DNA of 64,000 nt from Phaeosaccion multiseriatum (GCA_965112735.1 OZ218960.1:1488001-1552000), one strand, 5' to 3'. Positions 48,609 to 62,991 are shown, counted from the first letter of the stretch. The notes: generated by a model from the sequence alone, not told the origin. Numbers and translations are program-made.

Positions 48609-51448
48609 CGGTGGTGGTGGTGGTGGTGGTCTCAATGGGAGTAAGGCGCCACTGTCGAGTCCCTGGGGGGCAGCGGCAGCAGTGTCGTCCTCCCCTTCCA
48701 CGTCAGCAGCAGCAGTTGGTGGTACAGCAGCAGCAGGGGGGTCCATTTCCTCGCCGAGCGGAAAGGGGCCCACTCCTTCCGCGTCGATGCGATTGTCAGC
48801 AGCAGGGGCAGGGGGCGATGGGGCAGCGACCTCCGTGTCGTCATCACCCAGTCTCACGCCAGCCCGCCGCGCCAAGCCAAAGACTGCTGCAGCGGCAGCA
48901 GGAGGAGCAGCAGTAGGAGGGGGGGGGGGGAGCAGGAGGAGGTGGTGGTGGTGGTGGAGGAGGAGGAGGAGGAGGAGGAGGAGGTGGTGGAGGAGCAGCA
49001 GGTTCGTGGTCGGCCATCGCCCGTGCGGGACCTTCCTCCTCTGGCCTGGGCGGCTCACCGCCCAGCACGACCACCACCACCACCACCAGCAGCAGCAGCA
49101 GCAACAGCCACAATGGCAGTCATAACGGCAGCCATAGTACAGGCAGAGCAGCGACGGCCCCAACACTGAGTCTCTGTGTGCCGCGTATCCCGCTGGCAGT
49201 AGGTGCGGCAGCTGTTGCAGCGTCTGGTGGGGCGTCAGCCTCGTCTTCTCGGATAGCTGTGTCTTCTTCCCCTGCCGCTGGTGCTGGTGCTGCTGTTGGT
49301 GCTACGGCAGGAGCCATGCCGTCGCTTGCGCTGGGAGCTCCCCACCAGCACGCCCCTGGGCCGATATCGAGGTCGACATCTGCCCCGACACCGACACCAG
49401 CGCCTCCTCCTCCTCCTCCATCAGCCGCAGCCTCCAATGCGGGGGGCGGTGGAGGAACTTGCTCTTCCGCGATGGGAGAGGGGCCCCCCGGGGGTGACGC
49501 CTACGCAGCAGCAAGGGTGGCTCCACTGCAGAAGCGAAACCAGAAGCAGCAGAAGCAGCAGAAGCAGCAGCAACAGCAGCAGAAGCAGCAGCAGAAGCAG
49601 CAACAGAAGCAGCAACAGAAGCACAGCGAGGTGGCGCCAGAGGATGATGCGGGGTTGCGCCAGCGCGTCGAGAAGGTGGGAGCCGTCAACGGAGGCTACC
49701 GAGGAAGGTGGGAGGGGCGCGACATCATTGTGCGGCCTCTGACTGTGCGTGCAGGGCCTGAGCAGGAAGAGGCTTTGAAAGGTTTGGACTTGGAGCTTGC
49801 TCGCTTAGGTCAACACAAACACTTGATGCAGCTCCTCCTCACCACGTTGGACGAGGGCAGCAGCAACGCGGTGACCTTTCTCATGCAGGAACGGGCTCCT
49901 AGGGGCTCGCTCCTTGCGGTGCTCCAGAGCATGAAGGAGGAGGGGCAGATGGCTAAGGATGAAGTATTGCTAAGGGTGGCCATGCAAGTGTGCGAGGGCA
50001 TGGAGCCCCTGGCGAATGCAGGTGCGTGCGTGCGTGCGTGCGTGCGTGTGTGCGTGTGTGTGTGCGTGCGTGTGTGTGTGCGTGCGTGTTGGAGATGGTG
50101 GTGGTGTTGTTGAGATACATTCTGCGGACTTGCTTATTCCTTTGCTTGGCCTGTTACAACGCTGTTCTCTCCCAATCCGGTGTATACTCTGTGTCTCCCG
50201 CTCTGTCTCTTCCCTCCTCGTCCCCCACCCTCCCCTCCACTTATTTCCTCCCTCCCTCTCTCCCCTTCTCTCTCCCTCCACCCCCCGCTCCACTTCTCCC
50301 TCCCTCTCCTTCTCTCTCCTCCCCTCCCCTCTCCCTTCTCTCCCTCCCCTTTCCTCTCAGGACTATCGCATCGGCACCTGGCGCTGAGTAGTGTGCACGT
50401 GTTTGACTGGCATGCCTCAGACCCGCGAAGCGTGCTCGTCAAAGTGGCGGATTACAATATCCCCCTCGACACCCCCTCCTCCTCTTCCTCCTCCTCTTCC
50501 GCCGCCGCGTCCTCCTCCTCCTCCTCCTCCTCCTCCTCCTCCTCCTCCTCCTCTTCTCCCGATGTTGCTCTACCAGTGCGGTGGATGTCTGGAGAGGCAC
50601 TGGAACGAAGTCTGTTTAGCGAAAAGTCCGACGTGTGGGCCTTTGGCGTGCTGCTGTGGGAGTTGTGGACGGGTGGGGAGCTTCCGTACGAGGACGTGCC
50701 GAACGATGGGGTGGTACGCACGTTGGTAGTACGGGATGGGGTGCGTCTGGAGCGACCTGAGGCGTGTCCAGACGCGGTGTTCGATGTGATGGAGCGGTGC
50801 TGGCTTAGGGATGCTCAGGACCGCCCGACCTTTTCCGAGCTCCGTAGCGACTTGCTTGATATTTTGGCTCTCTTGGCGAGCGGCAAAGCGACCAAGGGCG
50901 TCACGAGTGGTAGGAGAAGAGGTGGCGACGCGGCAAGGGCGGCCGCAGCGCACAGCAGTAGTGGGGGTGGGGGTGAGCATGAGCATGGCATGAGCGAGCG
51001 GAATAGCAGCACCAGCAGCAGCGGCGGCGGGCATAGCACGGGGAATAGCAGCAGCGGTAGTGGCAGCGGTAGCGACGGTGACCACATGGCGACCATGGGC
51101 GATAAGAAGATGGCACCGGCGTGGGCTAATGGGGCATGGACCGCTCCTGTGACCTCCGCGGCGGTGGTCCATGGATGGGAGAGTCTGCTCGACGAGGGCA
51201 ACGAGGAGGGGGACGGGGAGGCAGAGGGGGGTGACCTGTTTGACGCTCACCAGCAGCAGCAGCCGCAGCAGCAACAGCCCCGGCAAGAGTGCCTCATTTG
51301 CTGGGAGCGCGTGAGTGCCAAACCCTTTCTTCTGACGCCCTGCGGTCACGGCCCTCTGCATGAAGAGTGTGCACAAATATCGGTGCAGACGGGCAATTGC
51401 CCCGTGTGTAGAGAGCGGGTGACCAGCTCCGTGTGCGTCTTTCTCTGA
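47903..51448 (+). CDS. Low-complexity linker, tyrosine-kinase-like pseudokinase and C-terminal RING finger
   Basis: Exons 47903-50021 (apparent +1 frameshift in the G run at 48919-48930) and 50361-51448; LPVRWMSGEAL..FSEKSDVWAFGVLLWEL..CW..RPTF; CLIC..PCGHGPLHEEC..CPVCR. Confidence 0.8.
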
Positions 51449-51770
51449 GGAGGGAGGGAGGGAGGGAGGGAGGGAGCTCACAGAGTGTGAGCGTTCACTG
51501 GGATCCCTGTCCTCTCTCTCTCCCTCTCCCTCTTGCTCTCTGAGGAGTGAGTTATTGATTGCTGAAAGCGGTTCCGTTATACTTACACTAGACACTCCTT
51601 ATTTTATGAACACATGCTCAAGCCTTTCACTCTCCGCTCGCCACTCGAGCATATATGAGCATTAAGTTTGCATGTAGCTGCATAATTCGTCGTTGGGCTA
51701 AGGAGGAAATCAATCCGACCAGACCAGCTACCTATCCGCCACAGTGAAGTGAGGCCAGCAGGGGCGCCGC

Positions 51771-54700
51771 TCACCCCCTCAGGAGGGACGTCAGCTCCAG
51801 GCTCTTAGCACCACCGGCGCCCGAGGGGGGTGAAGACGGCCGCACCGACGCCAGTCCTGACACCGGTGTCTTAGTTCGCACTCCCACACCCGCCCCGCTT
51901 GTCGGGTCTCTTCCACTCGTGCTACTGCTGCTGCTTCTGCTGCTTCTGCCGCCGCTGGCGCTGCCTCTATTCGTCCGCCCAGGTGCTGGTCCTAGCGAGA
52001 AGGGGGCAAGCAGGAAGGACGCCGCAGTGCTCAGCCGGGCCTGACTGGCATGCCAGAGCACCTCCTTTCTGTCCGAGGGGATGACGTAGAACCACACGAC
52101 AAGTGCCCCTATGCCGACAAGCAGAGTGCCCACCCCCAGCCACCGAATCCACGCCATGTACAATCTGGAGCGAGGGGACGAGTAGCGGATGGTAGAGGGA
52201 GAGAGAGGGAGAGAGAGAGGCAGAGGGGGAGGGGGGGGGGAGGTACGCGCCATTTGTGAGAGGGAGCCCAGGAGAAAGCGGCGACTGCCCCCTTCTTCTT
52301 TATTCGCATCGACACTCTCCGTGCTGAAGGTGAGCCGAAGGCCCAAGCCCAAGCACCCGGCGACGAAACATGTACTGAAACTGAAACTGTAAGCCGAGCA
52401 TGACGATGCGATACAGCTCCTCCCCCGTACGCTTTCTCTCACCGCATCTCTTGCTCCACCCTGCATTCCTCGCTACCGTCCAGTCTCCCCAGGCCGTCGC
52501 TACGAAGCCAGACCTCCTTCCAGCGGGCAGGTGAAGTGCGCACGACGGGGGAGTACAGAGAGAGAGAGAGAGTTTGCGTGTGTGTGTGTGAGAGGGAGAG
52601 AGACAGGGGCGTGTGCATGCAGAGTCGGAGGTCCACACACATACACACATAGAGTTGTCTCACACAGACATACAACAACACTCGACGTACAAAAGACCAT
52701 GAACCACCCACCTCTGGCACCTGCGCCACCGCTATCCACGTCTCGCGAAGGCTGAATCCCCCCCCCCCGGCTCCTCCTCCTCCTCCTCCTCCTCCTCCTC
52801 CTCCTCCTCCTCCTCCTCCTCCTCCTCCTCCCCCTGCTGCTGCTGGGGAGTACACGCAGCCAGTGGTCCACCCCGCAAGAACTAGAGGCAGCTGCTGCTC
52901 TCCTGCTGTCTGAGAAGCAGTGGCAGCTACAGCAAGAGCGTGCACCCCGCCACAGGCCTTGCTCTCCCTCCTCCTCCCTCCTCCTTCCCCGTCTTGCTCG
53001 CTGCTGGAACTCGTGCGGTCATTCCTATAGGTGTGGCTGTAGCTGCTCCCGCTGCTTGCCAGCATCTCCCACCCTCTCTTGCCCGTCGCCGCGTCAAGAG
53101 CTGTGACCCACACCGCCCCGGAGCTTGCCATGAGGACGGTCCCTCCTCTAGCGCCGGTCCCCTTGGCTTCTTCCTGCCCACTCGGTGGTACCCATCGGAC
53201 TGCATTGCCGTACTCGTTTGCGCCCCCCGCCTGTTGAGTGTCCTGATATTCCCACACAATGGCCCCATTGTCCCCTCTGTGCTTGACCACAAAAGCATCC
53301 GCATCCGGCCCTCCTGACCCGGACCCTGATTTCGACCCTGATTTCGACCCTGATTTCGACCCTGACTTGGCCCCAGCGGGGATGATGCCTTCGGTGTAGC
53401 CCGTGGCATACACGTCCCCGTCGTCGTCCACTGCCATCGAATTAATGACTTCATTCAGAAAGTGGGCGGGCGTGCTCCCCTGCGTCCAGCTGGAGGTCCC
53501 ACTTTTCTTCCACACCACCCTGCCATCTCGACCCCGCAGCTTCATGAGGAGGTAATCGTTTCCCTGGGGGGGAGGGGCGGATTGGGGCAGGTCGGGGCGG
53601 ACAAGAGAGAGGAAGGAAGGAAGGACAGAAGGAAAGAAGCAAGGATGGATGGAGGGAAGGAAGGAAGGAAGGAAGGAAGGATGGATGGAGGGAAGGAAGG
53701 AAGGAAGGAAGGAAGAAAGAGGTGTAAGGCGAGAGGTTGAGGATTTGGGGAAGAGAGAGAGATAGGCAGAGACAGAGAGAGAGAGAAGAGAGAGAGACAC
53801 AGACAGAGACAGAGGGAGAAAGAGAGAAGTGAAAGTGGACAAACGAACATTTGCGGGTACCTTTGCCGAGTCCCCGGTGGGGTTGGTCCAGCCTCCTGCG
53901 AAGACGTCACCGGAGCTGGGGTCTACTGCTACCGCCTTCGGAGAGATAAGGGGGGGGGGGGGGTTGGCAGGACAGAGGAGGGGTGACGGAAAGAGAGAGA
54001 GAGAGAGAGAGAGAGAGGAAGAGAGAGAGAGAGAGAGGGGGGGGGGGGGGTGAGAGACAGACACAGAGACAGAGACAGAGACAGAAACAGAGTGACTTCG
54101 AAAGGGATGCTGGCATGTAGACTTGTTACCTGGAGTCCGTCGTTGTAGCCTCCCTCTACCTGAGTACCCCATGCAGTGGTTCCTTCTGATCCCAACAATC
54201 GACAGCACCAGCCCTCCTGGAAGGCTGGCGGAGGGGTCACAGGCCGGCAGGTGGATGGGTAGGCGGCGGGGGGGAGGAAGAGGGAAAGAGGGAGACAGAG
54301 AGAGAAAGAAGAAAACAAAACAGAAAGAGGGGAAGTAAGGAGGCAGGGAGCGAGGGCGAGCACAGAGGAGGGCGGGAGAGTGTCAGAAAGCTGTGCAGGA
54401 GGAGGACCGGCTCGCTGGTAAAGAGAGAGAGAGAGAGGGGGGGGGGGGGGGATAACGCAAATAAGAGAGAGAGAGATTCCTCATCGGAGAGCGACGCACC
54501 AGAGATTTGACGAAAGAGGTCACCCCTGGTGCCTCCGCACACCACCACGTCATCCCCCCACACTGCCACAGAAGTCACGGAGTCCTCCGCTTCGGACCCA
54601 AATTGAGTGCCCCAAACAACCTAAGCATAAAGGTAGAGGGAAGGAGGGAGGGAGGGAGGGAGGGAGGGAGGGAGGGAGGGAGGGGGGGGCTGATGCGCGA

Positions 54701-56035
54701 CAGAAGAGAAGCATCATCTCCGGATCATCAGCTTCGACTGATTCGATTCGATTCGATTCGATTCGAAGAGCATCGCAACGCAACGCAAATTCTCTCTCTC
54801 TCTCTCTCTGCTCGAGAATAGAAATGGTAGCAAGTGAAGGAAAGCACCTCCCTCCCTAAAGTGCTCACTGAAGCAAAGCACCATGCACTACATGAGTTAG
54901 TACGGAGGAAGGGGCAGAGGGTGGGAGATGAAGCAGGAGGATTGAGAGCGGCACTACATTGGCACCGCTCGTCACTCATCAGAGCCTCCCCTCCCCTCCC
55001 CTCCCCTTCCCTCCCCTCCCCTCCCCTCCCCTCCCCTTCCCTCCCCTCCCCTCCCCTCCCCTCCCCTCCTCTCCCCTCCCCTCCCCTCCCCTCGCCTCCT
55101 GTCCTGTCCTGTGTGGCTGTGCCGTACCTGTCCATCCCGCCCGTCCACCTTCGCCACAAACACGTCCGAGCCCCCCCGGGACGGCGTGAAGAGCTCCCCT
55201 GGCAGCCGAACCAAACCATGCAAGCACGCACAGACAGACAGACAGACAGACAGACAGACTCATCAAAGAAATGGCAAACGTAGAATGGCTTCTGAAGCAG
55301 CAACGTTCATTAACAACAAGAGCAATTGGTGATGGGATGGTACTTTCGAGAGAGGCCAAGACCCATCCACCACGGCTTCTCACGTCTCTCGCATTCTCGC
55401 CGTCAAGCCTACCTACCTTGGGCCATCCCTGCTATATACACGTGGTCATGCCCGTCGCTCGCTAGCGCAGCCACCCAGCCCCCTGGTCGAGGATAAAGTG
55501 TCGTTTCCCGCGCCGCGTTGGCCATTGACCATTGCCATGTCATTTAAGTCAGTCCGCGCGAGGAGAGAGAGAAGGTGAAAGACGAGAAAGACATGAGCAA
55601 AGCTGGGCCGGAACCGAGGCAAGCCGCTGTTGCTGCTTGTGCTGTAGAAAGCAGCACAAGCCCTTTAGATCCTTTGGAGAGAGAGAGAGTACAGGCCCAC
55701 CCACCTGCCTTCTCAGCCGACAAGAGGGGCGTGTTCCACCTCTCCTTCCCCGTGAGCCCATCCACCTGCATCACGAAGCCGCGCACACCGTCATCCTCTG
55801 CTTCACCCCCCTGCTGCGAGAAGTGCCCGCCCACGAAGACGTTCCCGGTCTTGCCGTCCACGTCCATGCTCGTGGCCGTCACCTGGTCTGCCCCGCTCCA
55901 TTGTACTCCCCAGCGAGACGGTACTACAACGGGGAGAAGAGAAGAGGAGGAGGAAGCAGCAGCTGGAGCGGTGGACCAGGTGAAGCCCCACGAGAGGACG
56001 AGCAAGGCAACCGTGCAGCGAAACTGCGGTCTCAT
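51771..56035 (-). CDS. Single-pass membrane protein with beta-propeller (SBBP/PQQ-like) repeats
   Basis: Signal peptide MRPQFRCTVALLVLSWGFTWS; repeats such as SMDVDGKTGNVFVGG, DVFVAKVDGRDG, SMAVDDDGDVYATGYTEG, DAFVVKHRGDNGAIVW; TM segment WLGVGTLLVGIGALVVWFYVI. Confidence 0.75.
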
Positions 56036-56218
56036 AAGTAAGGCAAAGACCGCTTCAATAAAAAAAAAAAAAAAGGGCAGCCAAAAACCCAGCTGTGAGT
56101 CTATGACGCACCAACTCAGATACCAGCCAGTCCCGCGCTGCTGCGACAGCGAGGGGTGCACCGGCAAAGGAGACGGGTGCGCTGGCACGTGTATCTACGG
56201 TAAAAACGCGGCAAGAAC

Positions 56219-57722
<1,504 letters not shown>

Positions 57723-58591
57723 GCCAAGTAAGTCAGTAAATCCTCAAACGAGAGGCTAGAAGAGTCCGTTGGAGAGCAGCAGCAGCACAGCACTAGGCTC
57801 CGCCTCCCATAGGGAGTCCCATAGGGAGATGAATATAGGCGCTGGTAGCAGCAGGAGCAGCAGCAGCAGGAGCAGCAGCAGCAGCATTGAAGCAGCACCA
57901 GCAGCAGCAACGGGGGGCGACGTGTGTGTGTACTTGTGTGTGTACACACGAAAGCGAGGTACGCAGCACGAGAGCGCAAGCAGTAATTCCGCCTACAACC
58001 CCGGTACAGTGTCAGTTTCAGTGTATTAGCCCGTTGCCGCCCCCCGGGCGGGCGCTCCAAACCGGCCCAGTTCTTGCAAAAAGCTCGGGGGCGGCCTGTA
58101 AGGAGACTACGGTGGATACAACCCTCTTTGTCCTAGTTGGTGCTGCCCGACAGGCATAGCCCGTGGGGAAGCTTGCGCTACACTCGCTATCCCCCGAGGT
58201 GGGGGGGGTGCAAGCAGCCAGTCCACCCAGCCACGCTGCTACTCGCTATTACACAACATGTACATGTGTACATAAGTCTGAAGTCAATGGAAAGATGTGG
58301 CTCCTTGGGGAGAGCTCTCACCTCTATGCACCCACCCATCCACACCTCTGTGACTCTGCAGCTCTCCTCTTACCATGTCTGTCTTTCTATCTGTCTATAC
58401 TTTAATACTATACAAAAAAATCACGCATGAGACCCCGTTTCCAGCGTCACCGCTTGGAAGCGTCACCTCTTTTGAATATAATGTCATGGGCACACAGCTC
58501 CAGCTAACATTCCTTCGTGTTCAACCTGGCTTCCCCCCCCCCCCGCCCGCCCTCCTCTCCGACCCAAGTCTTGGCGGTGTCACTCACTCAC

Positions 58592-61387
58592 TCACTTCCT
58601 CCGGGCCTCAAAGTCGGTGCTCCACGGGCCCTCCACCTCGTAGGCGGCGTCGTCGGGGCGGCTCAGCACGTGCTCCCTGCCGGCCATGATGGCCTCTCCG
58701 GTGACACTGTCGTGCTTGAGCTGTCTAGTCTCGCCCAGCACCCCGTCCCACTCGGACGGGTCGGTGGCGGCACCGGCGGGGTAGGCCATGATGAACGTGT
58801 CGATGGAGTGCGATTGGCACCGGTCCACCTCCTGGCGGTCTGTAGAGCGTGAGGAGGGGAGAGAGGGAGAGAGCGGAAATCGCAGCAGAGCGAAAGAATT
58901 AGCAGGCAAGAAAGACATTTACATTGGACAAGTCATTCCTTCCTGCCACCTGGCTGGCTGAGCCTCCGGAGGGCCTCGGCCTCGCCCAAAACAAAGCAGC
59001 ACATCACTCACACTCGATGTGGAAGTCCAGGGAGTCCGCAGTCTCGATGTAGATGGTGGTCCAGCCACCGTTGGCTTCGTAGAGGTCGCCGGCCTCCATC
59101 TTGGCCTCGATCCAAGGCAGACAGGCGTCCGGGTCCTCGACCTTCGACAGGCGAGCTTTGAGGATGTCTAGCGCATCAACTCCCCAGGGATCGGCCTCAG
59201 TCTGAGAACAAAGTCCCGGGGGGGGGGGGAAGGGGGATGGGGCGATAGCAGGAGCGGCCGAGGCAGAGGCGGAAATGGCGTGGGGTCGGGGTGGGAGGTT
59301 AGTTTAGGTCAGACCACTTGCTGCTTCTGCTGGTGGTGGTACTCTCGCGATGGCTATCGACGGTCCTCTCACTCCACGCACACAAGCAAGGCCGCGAAGC
59401 ACTCACCAGGCGGCGGCGACGGCGCTCTTCCTCCGTCTGAAGGGCCTTCTCGGCGAGGAGAGCGTCCTGCATATGCACGTCGCGCTTGTAGGAGCAGGGG
59501 CCGAAGGCGTTGAAGGCGTACACCTTGCCACCGTCGCTGAGAGGGTAGGCACCGGGCTTGGTGATAACCTCCTCGTTGATAACAAGGCGCAGGTTGCCCT
59601 CACCCAAACAGGCCTCGTCGTCGTACGGGCAGCCGGGGAAGAACTCGGAGGTGTCGATCACGTCGACCAGCACCCTGTCGGCCACGGAACCGTCCTCGTT
59701 CTTGAGGGACATGGCACTCGAGGTGAAGTACGTCTGAGGCGGGCGGAAAAGGGGGTGACGAGCAGGGGAGGGGTGGAGGGGGGCAGCCAGGCAGAAACGC
59801 GACTCGATGAGCAGCTGGTGTGTTTCGGGGAGGGAAAGAGGCGTTGCTTCCAGTGGATGGGTGCCTGTCTGCCGCGCTTCCTCGCTCCCCCTGTTACTCA
59901 CCGGTTCCAGGCCGTTCTCACACTCCACGAAAGCGTTCAGCTTCCAGGTCCAGTCGAGCAGAGGGCTCGCAATGGCGCTGTACCAGCGCTCATCCTGCCC
60001 CTCAAAGAGAAACACTTGGTTCTGAAGACCGAAGATCATGGGGTCGCCAGCGCCTCCCGCGTCGAGAAGCTGGTAGAGGGAGGGAGGAGGAGACAGCACA
60101 GAGAGCCGGGAGCAAGCAGAGGGGGTCCAAGCAGCCAGCGTTGGGAAAGGAATGAAGGAGGGAAGCAGATGAGGGCCTCTAACTACTACTACGCGGAAAG
60201 GCAAATTCAAATTGGCCAACCCTACGCACCTCATAGTCGCAGGTAACGAAAGGGATGATTTCAAAAAGACACGATGGGATCTCCGAACCCGCGTTGTTAA
60301 ATGTGAAGGTCCACACCTCACCACCATCAACTTCAATGTCATCGAGCGCACTCAGGGATTCTGCCGGTTTGAAGAGCCCGGGACCCCCTGGAAGACCAAA
60401 GAAAGTACTGCCCTCTGAGTTGTACAACAAATTAGGGTCCAAACTGTTTGCCGGGGCACTGTCCTGAGCTTCGTCTGGAGCGAGGGGGGTCGGCATGATT
60501 GTTGGACGTATGTGAGAGAACATGACTCACTCGGTGCGGGAGAGACTGAGTGCGGAAGTGGGTGAGTGAGAGAAACTGGGAGTGAGTGAGTGAGTGAGTG
60601 AGTCACTCACCGTCTAATGTCGCAAAGACGTAGTCGAAGGTGGTCGTGAGAGGATCGAATGCGTTATAACTAGGGACTTGGTCCAGCAGTACAAGCTCTA
60701 TATCATTCGGTGATCCAGGCACTGTGAGGGTGACTTTAGCTTCCTCGAGTTCACCGTGCGTGTAATGGATCCCCACGTCGACGTCGGCAATGGTGCCGCC
60801 TGTGGACCACCAGCAATTGACCAGCACAGGAGTGGAAGGAGGTGGTTGGAAAAGAGGGAAGGAGGGTCAAAGCCAGAGGCCTCATGGGGGGCGGCGGCAA
60901 CAACTGTGGCTAAGGTTAGGAGGGGATAGAAATGCACTGACCCTGGCTGCTGACCCTGCCTTGCTTTCTCACCTTCTTTGCAGCCCACAATGGGTCTCGT
61001 CACGACTACGGTCTCTCTTTTGTCGATGAACACTGGGTCCAGATTAAGAAACGCGAAGAGAGCAGGATCATCAAAGTAGCTGTCTGGGAACAGGTCCGCA
61101 GTGAACTCGGCACCCTGTGAGGTTATGATTGGAAAGTCGTCGGGGGTCAAGCCACCAAATAGTACATCCGTAAACTCCTCGCCCTTGGTCGTGAGAACGG
61201 GGTCCCCATTGCCATCAGTAAAAAGCACTGGGAAGTCCGGGTGTACAGCGAGACACTCATCCTCTGTGATTGGTCCTGGTGTCCGATCAGGGTCAGGAAA
61301 TTCATGAGCCACAATCTTGTTGCCGATCATAACCAGTAGGAGAGTGGAGAGGATCCTACTCTTCTTCGTGGGAACAGGGAGGGACAT
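58592..61387 (-). CDS. Secreted protein with GDPH-type (VWD-like/root-cap) C-terminal domain, about 7 exons
   Basis: Hydrophobic N-terminus; GDPMIFGLQNQVFLFEGQDERWY and WDGVLGET..YEVEGPWSTDF resemble the GDPHF..GVLGQT family motifs. Confidence 0.7.
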
Positions 61388-62991
61388 GATGCCGTTCCAC
61401 CTCCTTGCTGTCGTGGCACAGGCTGGTGGCGGCGCCGCGAGTCTGCGAAAGAGAAGGAGACGTTCGCGCAGAGCGAGGGGGGACGACGAGACGAGCGAGA
61501 CACGGCGTACCAAGAAAGAACATGAGATATTTGCTTGGAGCAAGCAAGCACATATATATCTCGTCGGCGTATTGTGTGGCTGGTTGTATGCGATGCTTAC
61601 TGCTGGCTGCCCGGGCCCTGGCCTCAAGTCACTGCTCCCTCATCCTGAAGTTGGTGGTACCTAAACGGCTCCCTCTCCCCCCCCCCCCCGCACTGCTGCT
61701 TTGCGTTTTTTGGTTTGGGACCACTGGGGCACACATGAAATGCGTCCAAAGGTCGAGGGCGGCGGCTGCTCTCCTTCTTACCTCGCGTTACGTTTTTTCT
61801 GCCGCTACTCTTTGTGGTGAAGGTGTCTCTCCTCCTACACACCCTGGCCTGGGCCTCTCTTTTCCGACCCTTTTTTGTGCTCCGTAACTTAAAATTACTT
61901 TTCCAGCTGGGGGGGGTATTGTACCAAAAAATACGAAAATTAAAAAAATAAAAAGATGCAAATTCTAAAAGGAGGAGATTGTGTGGTTGTGTTGTGAACA
62001 TGTTCATCAATAGGCCTAGGCCGGGGGGGGTGCCCCAAAAATAGGCCTAGGCCGGGGGCCTGCGGCCCCCCTAGCACTAGGCCGGCCAAATTTCGACTCT
62101 AGGCCTAGGCTTCTAGGCCAGTCTGGGGCCGATATATAGCCCGCCTCTAGGCAGCCTCCCAGTGACCGTGGGCGCGTGCGTGGTGCCGCCCAGCCATCTG
62201 TAGGTCTGCACTCCTCGTAGGGCCAGCGAGGCGGAAGAGACAACACGAACAAAGTCTACTCCTCACTTCCAATCCCAGCCATGCAATGAAACTGACTACT
62301 CTTTGCACTCTGGGCACTCCCACCGTCCGCCTAGTTGGCTGGCGCCGACCGACTGTCTTCGCCTCCCTCTTTGCTCATGACCCTCTCGGCCCATCGTCCA
62401 CTCGCAGCCGTCATCTTGTCCGGCCATTGCAATGGGGGCAACGCTGTAGCCGGAACAGCAGCGGCAGCAGAGGCCATGAGCAAGCAGGAGAGGTTTGAAA
62501 TCTGGGGAAATATTACTTTTAGTACCTTACGTAAGTATACATCACCCAAGGGAATTGGGTGTCTGTCCCCTGGGGAAATGGCCCCCCCCTCGCCCCCCCC
62601 CCCCTTTTTCCACTTTCCAGAGGTGCGTGTGACTTTCTGCTCAGCGTCCAGAGTAGCCATAGGTAAGGGAGGCACAATAAAGCCAATTAGCTGTCGTTCA
62701 CTCAGGTTTTACTCTTACGAAAATACAAAATACTTCGAAGTACAAGATACACGCACGTACAAGCAAGAGAGGATATTGAAAAAAAAGCATACTAGAGATG
62801 TCCCCCCCCCCCCTCGACCCCCCTTCAACAGCGTTGGTCGACTTTAGGTGGCCACCCCCATGCTTGTCCTGGCTGCTGCGGCAGCAGCGGTTCAAGGCGT
62901 TAGCCCCCAGATGAAATCGGCCCCGACTGCAAGCTAGCTAGTCGAGCTGCTGCACACGTCAGCGGTGTACCGCCTCCGGCCGATCCTAAGA

